DNA of 32,000 nucleotides from Ureaplasma parvum serovar 3 str. ATCC 27815 (GCF_000019345.1 NC_010503.1:719680-751679), one strand, 5' to 3'; shown: positions 9,456 through 21,330, counted from the first letter of the stretch. The notes: generated by a model from the sequence alone, not told the origin. Made by a program: numbers and translations.

Positions 9456-11060
9456 TTATCGTGCCTCAATATCAGTGTCCATTAATTTGTTTTCTAATTT
9501 TATTATTTGCTTATTTTTCTCTTTTTTATCATCATTAATTTCGTTTGTAATTTCTTTTTCTTCATCAACTAAATTTTGAGCTCATTTTGTCTTTTTAAAG
9601 ATAATAATAGCCATAATTAATTTAGAAATATTTTGGGATTCCATGATAAAAAATAATAATACAACATGTAAACGATCATTATAATCTTCTGGAACATTTA
9701 TATGTGTTATACATCCCATAATAATCAATCAAATAAAAGTTGATAAACAGTCGATTGTTAATAATCAACGACTACCACCACCACGAATGCAGAAGTAAAT
9801 AACTGAATATGGTCCTTGTGTCAATACTACCATAATTACAATTCATTCTAAATACATAGCAATTGTCGCAGTGTATGCTGCATGTTTTAAACCTTGTTCT
9901 GTATAATCCAACGGTGGATTTAATAATTTATTTACAAACGATGATAAAACTAACAAAATAATTCCCAAACTAATTCCAACTATCATACCCCAATTAATTA
10001 ATTTGCGCGTGTTTTCCTTAGCTAAATCATGCTTGTTAGCACCTAAATTAGCTAACACTAAAACAGCAACTGTTGATGCGGCACCTGGCCAAATTAAGTT
10101 AGTAAATTGAATAATTAAAGCAACAGTTGAAATAGCATCACGATGATCTTGACTATATCTTGTATAAAACATTAATATAATTGTTGTTCCAACTGAAAAT
10201 AAAATTTCATTTAGTAAAACTTGTCAACCATGAATAAAAATTAATTTAACGACCTTTTTGCTTAATTTCAAATAATTTAAAAAATAATAAGGGTATTGTT
10301 TACGAAACAATGTTAGTATTAACATTATTAAAGCATCAATAGATCTTGCAACAATTGTAGCAATAGCCACAAATAAAATTGCCTCAAATGGTGTTACGGC
10401 ACAATATTTAATCAAAATTGGATCTAAAATAACATTAACAGTTACTGCAATTGAACTTGAAATTAAAGGCATGATTGCATTATTATGTTGACGATAAGCA
10501 GTGGCTAATGAAAATGAAAACATGTAAGGAATTAAAGTTAATGATTGTCAACGTAAATAACTAGCTGCTCAATGATTTGTTAAATCATAAATTCGTTTTG
10601 CTTCTTCTGAAGCTGAAACATCTAAATTATTTCCTGAATATAATTGAATCATTTGTAATGGTGCTGCCATATAAATAACAATAAATATCATTACAACAAT
10701 AAAACTAAACAACAACATAAAGTTAATTGTTTCTTTAAATTTTAAATAGTCTTTTTTACCATAATATTGAGCGGCTAAAATCCCCGCTGCTGCTACAATA
10801 GAATAGAAAAAAATAGTTGGCAAAAACATTAGTTGTGTCGCTAACACGGTTGCAGTTTTGGCTGCTGTCCCCATATTCTCAGGTGTAAATAAAGCAATGA
10901 AAAGACTATCAAAATAATTAACAGACGATAAAATGATAACTTCAAGAATTGCTGGGAAAAATAATTTAGCAGCTGTTTTCATGAAAATTTTATCACCAAA
11001 TTGATTTATAAACCAATTTGGTTTTATTTTCTGTGATTTTTTAAAAAAATCGAAGCGCAT
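9456..11060 (-). CDS. MATE family efflux transporter (copy 1)
   Basis: 534 aa code-4 ORF joining fragments 10569..11060, 10224..10523 and 9843..10172. 'LFFPAILEVIILSSVNYFDSLFIALFTPENMG' and 'TVAVLVLANLGANKHDLAKENTRKLINWG' are MATE-like. Stop TAA abuts the helicase ATG. Confidence 0.87.
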
Positions 11061-11078
11061 ATGTTTCTCCTTTAAAAT

Positions 11079-11101
11079 ACTTTTAGTTGCTTTCTAAAAG
11101 T
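11079..11101 (-). promoter_or_regulatory. Short hairpin just upstream of the MATE-1 ribosome-binding site
   Basis: Minus strand acttttag-aaagcaa-ctaaaagt: 8-bp perfect stem, 7-nt loop, followed by the putative RBS 'aaaggag' and ATG. Confidence 0.45.
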
Positions 11102-11433
11102 TAGATGAATGAGTTTTTATTTAGCTTCAATAAATAATCTATAGTAACTTTTTAAACAATCAATTTTTTAATTTAATTAAATGTTTTGAATTAATTTTTA
11201 AAAGATTATCACGAAAAACTCATTATAATATTTGAAATGTGATAGTCTTTTTGGTGGTAAATTAAGAATAATTATAAATAAGCACCTATAATCAAAAAAG
11301 TATCATTTGTTTGAAAACTTATTATATTACAACCACGTTCATCCTTAAATCAAGCAGAAATGTTTTTAAATATAACGTTTCAATAATATAAATAAAAAAT
11401 TTTAAAAGAATGACACTAGTATATAAAAATGAT

Positions 11434-11474
11434 AGCAAAAATTAACGACCTTTTTAAAAGAAAAGATGGTTAAT
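11434..11474 (-). terminator. Probable transcription terminator downstream of MATE-2
   Basis: Imperfect inverted repeat aaaaattaacgacctttt ... aaaagatggttaattttt, placed after the MATE-2 stop; coordinates approximate to a few nt. Confidence 0.5.
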
Positions 11475-11533
11475 TTTTATATTTTATAAAAATATATAAT
11501 CTTCCTTCAATTGAAATTAAGATAATATTTAAT

Positions 11534-13096
11534 TTATTTTTTATTGTAATTAAATCTAAATTTAAAACTGTTTTTTCTTATTTCAAATTGATTACTACCT
11601 ATTAAGTTTTTAGCTCAATTTACCTTTGTAAACAATATGCTTACAAGAATCATCTTTAATAATCAATTTGATTCAAGCAAAGCAAATGTTAGTAGATGTG
11701 GGATTTTAGGATTATAAGCAAATGTACTAATTAAAGCAAACATCATTACTCATATAATCATCACCATAGTATCATTAATTGCTCCATAAATAACTCCTGC
11801 TCCACGAATGCAATTATTCATAGCAGCATATGGCCCTAAAATAATAATTTCAACAACTAAAACTCATTCTAATTGAGTAGCTAATTTTGCCACTTTCTTA
11901 GCATCTTTAATATCTAATAACGAATTTGATAATGGAGGGTTTAATAAAGGATTAATAAATAAAGATAATATAAATAATATAATTGCTAAAATACTAGCTA
12001 TAATAAGTGATCAAGCGACTGTATATCGTGAATTTTGTTTAGCAGTATTAATTTCGTTTTTTCCTAAATAAGAAAGAACAAGAACTGCAACAATAGTGTT
12101 CATTCCTGGTCAAATTAGTTTGGTAAATTGAGCTATTAATAAAGCTGTTGAGATAGAAGAGCGAATGTCAGGATGATATTTATATAAAAATAGTGTTAAT
12201 AAGATTACTGAAATTGAAAATATAATTTCATTAATAGCAATGAACCACCCGCGTTTAAAAATATTTTTTAATAATCTTCATGTTAAATTTCAATAATTAA
12301 TAACATATGTTGCCCTTTTTTTAAAGATACAAACACAAAGCAAAACAATTAATAAATCAAAACCACGAGAAGCGATTGTTGAGAATGCTGCAAGTAATAT
12401 CGCTTGTTTAGGAGTTTTGGCAACTAAAATCATTAATACTGGATCTAAAATACAATTTAGACAAAGTGCGGCAATACTTCCTAATAAAGGAATTGCTGGA
12501 CGTGCATCTTGACGGTGTGCAATTGCAAAAGGATATGAAAAAGCATAAAAAACTTGTCCAATCATTGCGTATTGTAAATACATAGATGCTCATTCATTAA
12601 CTTTTTTAAAATTAGTTAACTCATTAGATGTGACCATTGACATATCTTTACTAAAATTATTAATTGATCCTGCATATATTGTTATAGATCAATGTGGAAA
12701 AGTTAAATAAATAATTAAAAAAGGGATATTTAATATAACAGATCCTAAAATCATGTAATTTGTTGTTTCTTTAAATTTATGATAATTTTTATTTCCTAAA
12801 TATTGTGAGCTATAAACACTGCATGCATAACAAACAGCAACGGTAAAAATTGTTGGTAAATATAATAATTGAGTTGCAAGAATTGTTGCTGTTTTAGCAT
12901 CTAATCCTTGTGATTGAGGGGTATATGTTGCTAGAAAAAAATTATCAACATAAGCAATTGCTGTAATGATAATATTTTGGATAATCGCTGGAAAAAATAA
13001 TTTTAATGCTTTCTTGATAAATTGTTTATCGCCAAATATTTTTTTAAAATTCAAAAAAGACAATTTTTTTTGTTTAAAACCAATTTGATAAGACAA
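11534..13096 (-). CDS. MATE family efflux transporter (copy 2)
   Basis: 520 aa code-4 ORF joining 12689..13096 and 12290..12583. 'LFFPAIIQNIIITAIAYVDNFFLATYTPQSQG' parallels copy 1. Confidence 0.87.
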
Positions 13097-13206
13097 TAAA
13101 AATCACTACTTCCATTCTTCTATAACGATAATAATATAATAATTAATTATAGTGTAATTTTTGGAATAATAAATTTAAATTTTACTTCCAGTATTTATTA
13201 AGTAAA

Positions 13207-13234
13207 CAAAAAAAGGTTTAGATGCAAAACCTTC
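13207..13234 (-). terminator. Probable intrinsic terminator after deoC
   Basis: Minus strand aaggtttt-gcatct-aaacctttttttg stem and T-run just downstream of the deoC stop. Confidence 0.6.
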
Positions 13235-13244
13235 TTTTTGTTTT

Positions 13245-13892
13245 TTAGTGATTATTTAATATTTTAATTGCTGATGACGTTCCGATCCTTGTAGCTCCAG
13301 CTTCAATAAAAGATTTAAAATCCTCAAAATTTTTAATTCCACCTGATGCTTTAATTTGTTTTACATCACCTAAAATTCGCTTTCATAGAATAATATCTTC
13401 AAGTTTTGCACCTTCTTTTGCAAAACCAGTTGATGTTTTAATGAAATCAGCATTTGATTCTAGAATAATTTTAGCTGCAAATTCTTTTTGCTCCCTGTTC
13501 AAAAATGCTGTTTCAACGATCACTTTTAAAATTTTATCCCCACAAACTTCTTTAATTTGATTAATTTCATTTAAGCAATATTCTCTATTACCATTGATTA
13601 ATTGATTAATATTAATAACCATATCAATTTCATCAGCACCTAAATCTATAGCGTTTTTTGTTTCAAAAACTTTAGTTTCAATTGTGTTAGCGCCTAGTGG
13701 AAAACCAATAACTGTGCAAATTTTAACAGACGTTTCTAATAAATAGTGTTTTGCAACTTTAACAAAACAAGGATTAATACAAACTGAATAAAATTCATTT
13801 TCTTCTGCTTCTTCACACAACTTATGAATCTCTTCTAAACTTGCGTCAGCTTTTAATAATGTGTGATCTACATAAATATTATACTTATTCAT
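13245..13892 (-). CDS. deoC: Deoxyribose-phosphate aldolase
   Basis: 215 aa code-4 ORF: 'NKYNIYVDHTLLKADAS', 'SVCINPCFV', 'VIGFPLGANTIETKVFE', 'ADFIKTSTGF'. Confidence 0.96.
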
Positions 13893-13903
13893 GATATTCC
13901 TTA

Positions 13904-15865
13904 TTATTGGTTTAAAAGTTGATTAATAATATTTTTAACACTAAAACCAAATTCATTCATTAATTTATCACCATCTGCACTACGCCCAAATTGATTAGCA
14001 GCAATTTGTATAAATTTATTTGTATAAATTGATAATTTTCATCAAAGCATTTCGCTTGATGCTTCAATTGCTAATAGACCATTTTTTGAAGCTAAAAGGC
14101 TCTTAATATCTTCAGGTTTTTGACGTAAAAATAAATTTAAGTTAAAAGCAGAAATAACTTTAATTTTAAGTTTATGTTTTTCAAAAAGTTCTTTTGCTGC
14201 GTCATTTGCTAAACTAACTTCACTACCACTAGCAATAATCGTGTAATCTACATCTTTACAAAAAGAAAAAGGCGAATTAATAATATATGCTCCCTTACTA
14301 AAATCTTGTGGTTTTTGATCATTAATTTGTTTAATAGTTTGACGTGAAGTAATTAAACAAATCGGTTTTTGTTTTTGTTTAAAACTATATGAAAGAGCAT
14401 ATTTAACTTCATAATGATCAGCAGGACGAATTACTTCTACATTTGGAATTGCTCTTAACATTGGTAATTGATCGACAGGTTGATGTGTAGGTCCATCACC
14501 ACCCACTGCATAACTATCGTGACTAAAAATAAATAAATTAGCTAAATTACTAATGGCAGCTAAACGAATTGCTGGTTTCATATAATCAGAAAAAGCTAAA
14601 AAAGTGCCTCCTATCGCTTTAACGCCTTGATGTAAACTTATTCCATTCATCGCTCCTGCCATAGCAAATTCACGAATACCGAATTTAATATATGGATTTT
14701 TATGGTTATCGTTAAAAGCGCCTTCGCCTATTTTTGTGAAAGTTGATTTAGCTAAATCAGCAGATAAAACAAGAGCTGATTTTAAATCTTTTAATTGATT
14801 AAAATATTGTTTTAAATAACTGCGAGTAGAATCATTTAAATTAGTAATTTTATTTTCATCTAATAATTTATTTAAATCTTCATAATTACCATTAATATAA
14901 TTTAATAAACGTTGCATTTGTTCTGGATTAGTTTGCATATATTGGTCAACTAATTGTTGTCATTGATTATAAGCACTTTCGCCCCGAGCTACAACATTAA
15001 AAAAGAAGTGATCAAAAATTTCCTGATGAAATTCAAAATTATTTGTTTTAATATGAAAACGCTTAGAAAATTTTTCTAATTCATCATTAGAAATTGCTGC
15101 AGCATGCGCTTCATTACTATTTTCAAAAGATGTCCCCTCACCAATGATTGTTTTGACTTCAATAAACGTTGGTTTAACATTCTTTTTTCATTTAGCTTCA
15201 GCAATTGCTTTGAAAATATTTTCAGGATTATTATCTGTTTTTAGATAATTTCAACCCATTGATTCAACACGCATTTTTAAATCTTCAATATTAACATCAC
15301 TTACTGCTGAATCTAATTGGTAATCATTTGAATCATGTAAAATAATTAATTTCGATAATTTTAATTTTCCAGCAATACTCATTGCCTCATAACAAATTCC
15401 CTCTTGTAGGTCCCCATCGCCAACAATACAATAAGTATAATGATCAATAACACCTTTAAGAGTAGCAAATTCAGTTCTTAAATAACTTTCAGTAATTGCC
15501 ATACCAACTGCATTAGCAACCCCTTGCCCTAGTGGTCCTGTTGATGCATCAATATAATTATTAGCCAACACTTCAGGATGACCTGGTGTTAAATAATTAT
15601 CATTGCGAAAATTTTTAATGTCATCTAATGTTAATAATGATGAAAAATAAAAAACAGGATATAATGCCATCGATCCATGACCAGCTGATAAAACCAAACG
15701 ATCGCGATTAAATCACTTTGGATGTGATTTTGAAATAGTCATTAATCCCTTATAAAGGGTATAAACAATAGGTGCAGCTGAAATACTCATTCCACTGTGA
15801 CCTTGCTTTGCTTTATTAATAGCCTGTAAAGCAAGTGAACGCATTGCGTTAACATAACGATTCAT
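13904..15865 (-). CDS. tkt: Transketolase
   Basis: 653 aa code-4 ORF spanning 15251..15697 and 14042..14938. 'RLVLSAGHGSMALYP', 'GPLGQGVANAVGMAI', 'IVGDGDLQEG', 'SHDSYAVGGDGPTHQP'. Confidence 0.96.
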
Positions 15866-15894
15866 ATTTAATAGTCTCCACTAAATAAAGATAT

Positions 15895-16158
15895 TTAAAT
15901 TAATTTCTGTTCAATTAAAATTTCTTCTAATTTGTTAATTGCTTTATTTGCATCATTTCCAACGGCACTCAGCTCGATTTTTGTGCCTTGTTTAATTCCT
16001 AAAGCCATAATGTTGATAATTGATTTAGCATCTGCTTGACGCCCATTTGCTTTAATAGTAATTGAAGAGCTAAAATCACTAGCTGCATTAACAAAATAAG
16101 TGATCGCCTTAATAAATGCTGACAATTCTGCTACGATGGTAAATTCTTTCGATATCAT
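15895..16158 (-). CDS. HPr-like protein lacking the canonical active-site histidine
   Basis: 87 aa with HPr-like length and C-terminal half 'ANGRQADAKSIINIMALGIKQGTKIELSAVGNDANKAINKLEEIL'. The active-site block reads AELSAFIKAITYFVNAASDF and contains no His. Confidence 0.75.
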   Translation of the reverse strand: MISKEFTIVAELSAFIKAITYFVNAASDFSSSITIKANGRQADAKSIINIMALGIKQGTKIELSAVGNDANKAINKLEEILIEQKLI

Positions 16159-16257
16159 ATTAAACCTTTACATAAAATATCATTTTTTAAATGTATTTTA
16201 ATTATATTACTTAAAGCATTGTCTTGATATCTTATATTATTAATATAATAACTTTTA

Positions 16258-17856
16258 TTATAAAAGTAATTGAAAAATATTAATAAATACTGTTTGAACT
16301 AATTCGTTGAATGTGAATTTGTTATCTAAATCTTCTAAATTAATTAACTGTGAATTACGGAGATATTGATTAAAAATCTCGTTAATGTCGTGATTTACTT
16401 GTATTGAATAAATTGTTAATAATGATTCGTAATTAATTACTAATGCTCTATTATCAAGATTATAAGAACCTAATAGTGAAATATCATCATCTATTAAAAT
16501 CGCTTTAGTGTGTAAAAAACCACTATATTCATAAATTTGTACACCGGACTTAATTAATGATTCATAACTTAAACGATTCATTGATATGATAAAACTTCAA
16601 GAATCAACCCTTCCAGGTAAAATAATTTTAACTTTTATTCCAGTATTCGCTGCAGCTTTAAGTCCTATTAAAATATCTTCAGTAGGAAATAAATATGGCG
16701 TAAAAATTGTAATTGATTTTTTAGCATTAGCGATTGCCATAACCAGAATTTCATTTAAAGAACTTGTTGATTGGTCTGGTCCTGTATGCAAAAGTGTTGT
16801 TATTGTTTTATTTTTAATAGAATTATTTATTAAGTCATCTTTTCCTTGACATAAGTAAGGTTGAGGATGCATACTGTCAACAACAACATTAAAATTATTC
16901 TTTTTTGAAAATGGTGTATAGTAGTATCAATCATGAATAAATTCTAAAAGAATTGTATGCACAATTCCTCCGGTTAAAATATAATTCAAATCAACTCAAT
17001 GACCAACCTTAGGATCAATATTTAAATAAGAATCACCAATATTAGAGCCGCCACTAATAGCAACTTCACCATCAATAATTAAATATTTTCGATGCGAACG
17101 AAAATTAATAGTACTTCTAAATTTATAATCTGCACGTGCTTTAAAACAAGCAATTTCTATACCATTATTAATTAACTGTTGACGATATTTTTTAGGAAAT
17201 TTATTTAACGAACCAATTGGGTCATATAATATATATATTTTTATACCATCATTACTTTTTTTTATTAATTCTTTAACAAGAGATTGTAATCAACGACCAT
17301 TCTCAATAATATAATATTGTAAATAAATTGTTTTTTTTGCTTTTCTTATTAATTTAATAGTTTGTTCATACATTTCGTTTGTCTCTTTAATAATTGTTAT
17401 TTGATTATCACAATAAATAGGTGTACGAAAAAGTTGGTAATTATACTGACCAATTTTACGAATTAAATTAAGTCCATTATTATTAATAATCATATTTTGA
17501 AAACTATGATAAAATTCATAATCTTCAAATTTAAAAAGTGCACGACGGTTTGTAATGATATCATTAATTTTTTTATCTTTAAATGGGCGTGATCCAAAAA
17601 TCCAAAAGAATATAATTGACACAATTGGTAGAAATAAAAAAATAAACAATCATGATTTTTTAGAACGATCTTGCCGATGTCTTGAAGATAAAATATATAA
17701 GCCAATACTAGTATTTAAAATATAAAATGATATTAAAATATCTGTAACAATAACCGTTGGTCGATGGTGAAAATATATTGATATTAAACAAATATTAATT
17801 ATTAATAATACACAAATAAATGTTATGATGAATTTGGCTAAAATACGTTTTTTCAT
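16258..17856 (-). CDS. cls: Cardiolipin synthase / phospholipase D-family protein
   Basis: 532 aa code-4 ORF joining four track fragments. Two HKD-type motifs: 'FRSHRKYLIIDGEVAISGGSNIG' and 'FLHTKAILIDDDISLLGSYNLDNRAL'; N-terminal TM helices. Confidence 0.9.
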
Positions 17857-17901
17857 ACTTATTATCGTCCTTTTTATTAATAATTATAATTTATATAAAT
17901 A

Positions 17902-17925
17902 AAAAATAGGGTTTCCCCTATTTTT
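17902..17925. terminator. Bidirectional-looking intrinsic terminator downstream of tRNA-Ser
   Basis: aaaaataggg-tttc-ccctattttt: perfect 10-bp stem, 4-nt loop. Confidence 0.85.
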
Positions 17926-17934
17926 AATTATTAA

Positions 17935-18023
17935 TGGCGGAAACAGTGGGATTCGAACCCACGCGCCGCAGAACGACCTAACACCTTAGCAGGGTGCCCT
18001 CTTAACCACTTGAGTATGTTTCC
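17935..18023 (-). tRNA. tRNA-Ser (anticodon GCU)
   Basis: GGAAACATACTCAAGTGGTTAAGAGGGCACCCTGCTAAGGTGTTAGGTCG...GTGGGTTCGAATCCCACTGTTTCCGCCA: 7-bp acceptor, anticodon loop CTGCTAA, long variable arm, TTCGAAT T-loop, encoded CCA. Confidence 0.97.
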
Positions 18024-18112
18024 AAAACAATTATTGCTTTATGTATATAACTTATTTATTATATTAAATAATAAGCAATAATGCAATAGTTAAAACTAAT
18101 GAATTTAAATTA

Positions 18113-18433
18113 TTAAATTGATCGTAATTTATTAACTAAAGAATTTTCATCAATAAATCCTAAACTTGTCGCTTTAATATCTCCATTTTTTAAGTAAAAT
18201 AAAGCAGGGATTGATTTGACTTGATATTGTGTTGATAATTCTGGAAAATGATCAACATTTATTTTAATAATAGTAAATTCATCACCATGTTTTTTTTCAA
18301 TTGAATCTAATACTGGAATAAGCATACGACATGGAGGGCATCAATCCGCATAAAAATCAATTAATATTGGTTTAGAATGATTTTCCTTTAATAATTCATT
18401 TAAATTTTGGTTACTTTCTAATTTAATTAACAT
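18113..18433 (-). CDS. trxA: Thioredoxin
   Basis: 106 aa code-4 ORF: 'PILIDFYADWCPPCRMLIPVLDSIEKKHGDEFTIIKINVD', 'YQVKSIPALFYLKNGD'. The Trp of WCPPC is encoded by TGA. Confidence 0.94.
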
Positions 18434-18461
18434 AAATTTTCCTCTTTTTAATATTATATTA

Positions 18462-20495
18462 TTATTGATTAAAATCGTTTTTATCATTGTTTGATTCATC
18501 TAAATTACGAATAAAATTACATTCAGGATAACCTGTGCATCCAATAAAATATTTATTTTTACGATTTTTACGTTTAACCAATGATTTTGAACAGTTAGGA
18601 CATAATTCGTTAAGAATTTCTGGTTTCTCTAACGATTCTGTAAAACGACATGTAGGGAAATTTGAACACGCAATGAACCGAGTGTTCATTCTAGATCTTT
18701 TAATCAATAAATCATGAGCACATATAGGACATAATCGATTAATTTTTTCATCAGGAACTTTTTCGATTTTAGTGTATGCTTGTTTTACTTCTTCTTCAAA
18801 AATAGGAATAAAAGTGCTAACTAAATCTTTTCAAAATAATTTGCCATTAGCTATAACATCTAAACGTTCTTCCATCTCAGATGTAAATTTAATAGAAATC
18901 ACTTTTGGAAAGGCTTCTTTTAACTCTTGGATGACTTTAATCCCTAATTCTGTTGGAATTAATTTACTCTTATCTTTATTGATGTAACCCCTAGTGGTGC
19001 CAATAGTTGCCATTGTTGCATATGTTGAAGGCCGACCTACTCCGGCATTTTTTAGCGCTGCAATTAAAGAGGCTTCTGTGTAATAAGGCGGTGGCGTAGT
19101 TTCTTTTTGTATTAAATCGATCTTTTCTTTTTTAAATTCATCACCAACATTAATTATAGGAGGTTGGAATTCTAATTCATCACGTTGCTTTTTATAAAAA
19201 TCTAAAATTCAATATCCTAAAGTTCGAATTGTTTTATAAGCTGTATAAAATTTATATTCATTATTAATAAAACGAATTACTTGCTTATTAAAAGTTGGCA
19301 CTTTCATTAAAGCTGATAGTGTTTTATTTCAAACTAAGTTATACAGCTTATAAATATCTAATGAAACATAATCTTTAATTTCTTCAGGTTTTAAATTAAT
19401 ATCAACAGGGCGAATTGCTTCATGTGCGTCTTGAATATTTACTTCTTTTCTATTAATTTTTTTATTTTTAAAATTTTCTAGATATTCTTTACCAAAATTA
19501 TTTTCAATAAAGGCATTAGCTTCTTGTAAAAAATCATCACTTAATCGCTCGCTATCTGTTCTTGGATAAGTTATTAAAGCTAATTGCTGATTATTAATTT
19601 CTAATCCTTCAAACATTTGTTGAGCTATTAAAGTTGTTTTATTAGCACTTCAACCAAAATTATTGGATGCGATTTGTAATAATTTATCAGTTGTTAATGG
19701 TAATTGAACATCGCCTTTGGTGATTTTCAAATCATCAATACTATAAACTTTAAAAATATCACTTAAATCATCAATCACACGCTGTGCATCTTTTTTGTGT
19801 AGAAATTTTAAATCACTATCGCTATTATCTTTCTGATTATATAATTCAACATCATAGGGAATTTTTCTTAAAGATACAAAAATGTTTTTTTCAATTATTC
19901 CTTCAATTTGATATCATTCTTCTTTAACAAAAGAACGTCTTTCTAACTCTCTCTCAACTACAAATAATAAAGCGATCGATTGTACTCGCCCAGCAGATAA
20001 GCCATGTAAGTTTTTTTTAACTAATCCAGAAAGTTTATAACCAATAACTCGATCTAAAATTCGTCTTGCAAATTGCGAATCTACCAAATTAAAATCAATA
20101 TCATGTTTTTCATCAATAGATTTTAAAATAGCTTTCTGTGTTATTTCATTAAAAGTTATTCTTTTAACACGTTCTTTATCTTTTTTTGGTAATAAATCAT
20201 AAACATGTCAACTAATAGCTTCACCTTCACGATCAGGGTCAGTTGCTAAATAGATATTATTTGATTTTTTTGCTAAATCAATAATTGTTTTTATTTGTTG
20301 TTTTTTCGATAATTTTTTATTTGTTGTTTTTATTATTTCTCATTTTAAATCATAAGTTTTTGGATCATAACCAGATTTTTTTGCGAGCTCACGTAAATGT
20401 CCACATGTAGCTATTACATTATAACTATCACCTAAATAAGACTGAATTGATTTAATTTTATTTGGTGACTCTACTACTATTAAATCTTTTTGCAT
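18462..20495 (-). CDS. topA: DNA topoisomerase I
   Basis: 677 aa code-4 ORF: N-term 'MQKDLIVVESPNKIKSIQSYLG', 'ALITYPRTDSERLS', 'EAHEAIRP'-type block 'NVQDAHEAIRPV', C-terminal 4-Cys zinc-finger repeats 'CSNFPTCRF' and 'CPNC...FIGCTGYPECNF'. Confidence 0.97.
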
Positions 20496-20569
20496 TTTTT
20501 CTCCCATTTACTACAATTATTTGCTCGTTTTAACAATTGTAAATAATTATAATATTTTATAGTTGTTGT

Positions 20570-21280
20570 TTAATTTATTAATTTTGAATTTTTAATAAAT
20601 TGATAAATACGATTAATGTATTTGGGATAAATTGTGTTTTGCTTAGCTAATTTTTTATCTAATAACACCAAATCTAATTGGCAATCTTTATATTTATTAA
20701 AAAGATAATCATCTATTTGATATAACTCATTAACACATAAAATATGGTCGCTTGAAGCGCATGCAAGACGTTTTAAATCCTGTGTAATTTTATTACTATT
20801 GTAATCTTTTGGAATTTCAGATATTACACTAACATTGCAGTAACTTAAGTATTTAATGTTTTTAGAACTATAGATTCCCTCATCTGTGATGATACATATT
20901 CTAGCTTTAAGAGAAATTAAACGATTGATAAGTGTGTCCAAAACAACACTATCATAATAAATAACAAATCCATATCCTGCTTTTATCAAGGTTAGTATAT
21001 CATAATTTGATATTGCATTTTCATAATCTATTAACCAAATATTTTTTTTATCAAGTCATTCAACTGTTGTTGAATAATATAAAATAAAAGGAGGTTGGTT
21101 AATTTTTTTATATTTATTAGGATATTTTTCATCAGTTAAATCAATAGCTTTAACTTTTTCGTAATCTTCTTTTTCTAAAAATAAATATTCATTTTGATCT
21201 TCATGATTTATTAATGCTAAATAAATTTTTGATCAATCCCCTTTATACTTCAAACTGAAATAGTGTGTTAAATAATTCAA
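20570..21280 (-). CDS. Degenerate DprA/Smf-like protein
   Basis: 236 aa code-4 ORF with probable TTG start behind 'gaggtgat'. 'YIKKINQPPFILYY', 'NIWLIDYENAISNYDILTLIKAGYGFVIYYDSV', 'ICIITDEGIYSS', 'VISEIPKDYN' line up with DprA blocks, and it sits immediately upstream of topA. Confidence 0.5.
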
Positions 21281-21330
21281 TGGTATCACCTCATTAAATT
21301 ATTAGCAATAATGATTTATTTTTAAAATTA

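Noticed and set aside
12408-12593. Second minus-strand ORF of 61 aa (MSIYVFTIRNDW...)
   Set aside because: Out-of-frame shadow inside the MATE-2 CDS; no independent support.
16586-16849. Plus-strand ORF of 87 aa
   Set aside because: Antisense to the cls gene, whose HKD motifs are intact.
17490-17705. Minus-strand ORF of 71 aa (MAYIFYLQDIGK...)
   Set aside because: Alternative-frame shadow within cls.
18535-18987. Plus-strand ORFs 18535..18717 and 18772..18987
   Set aside because: Antisense shadows of the topA 3' region.
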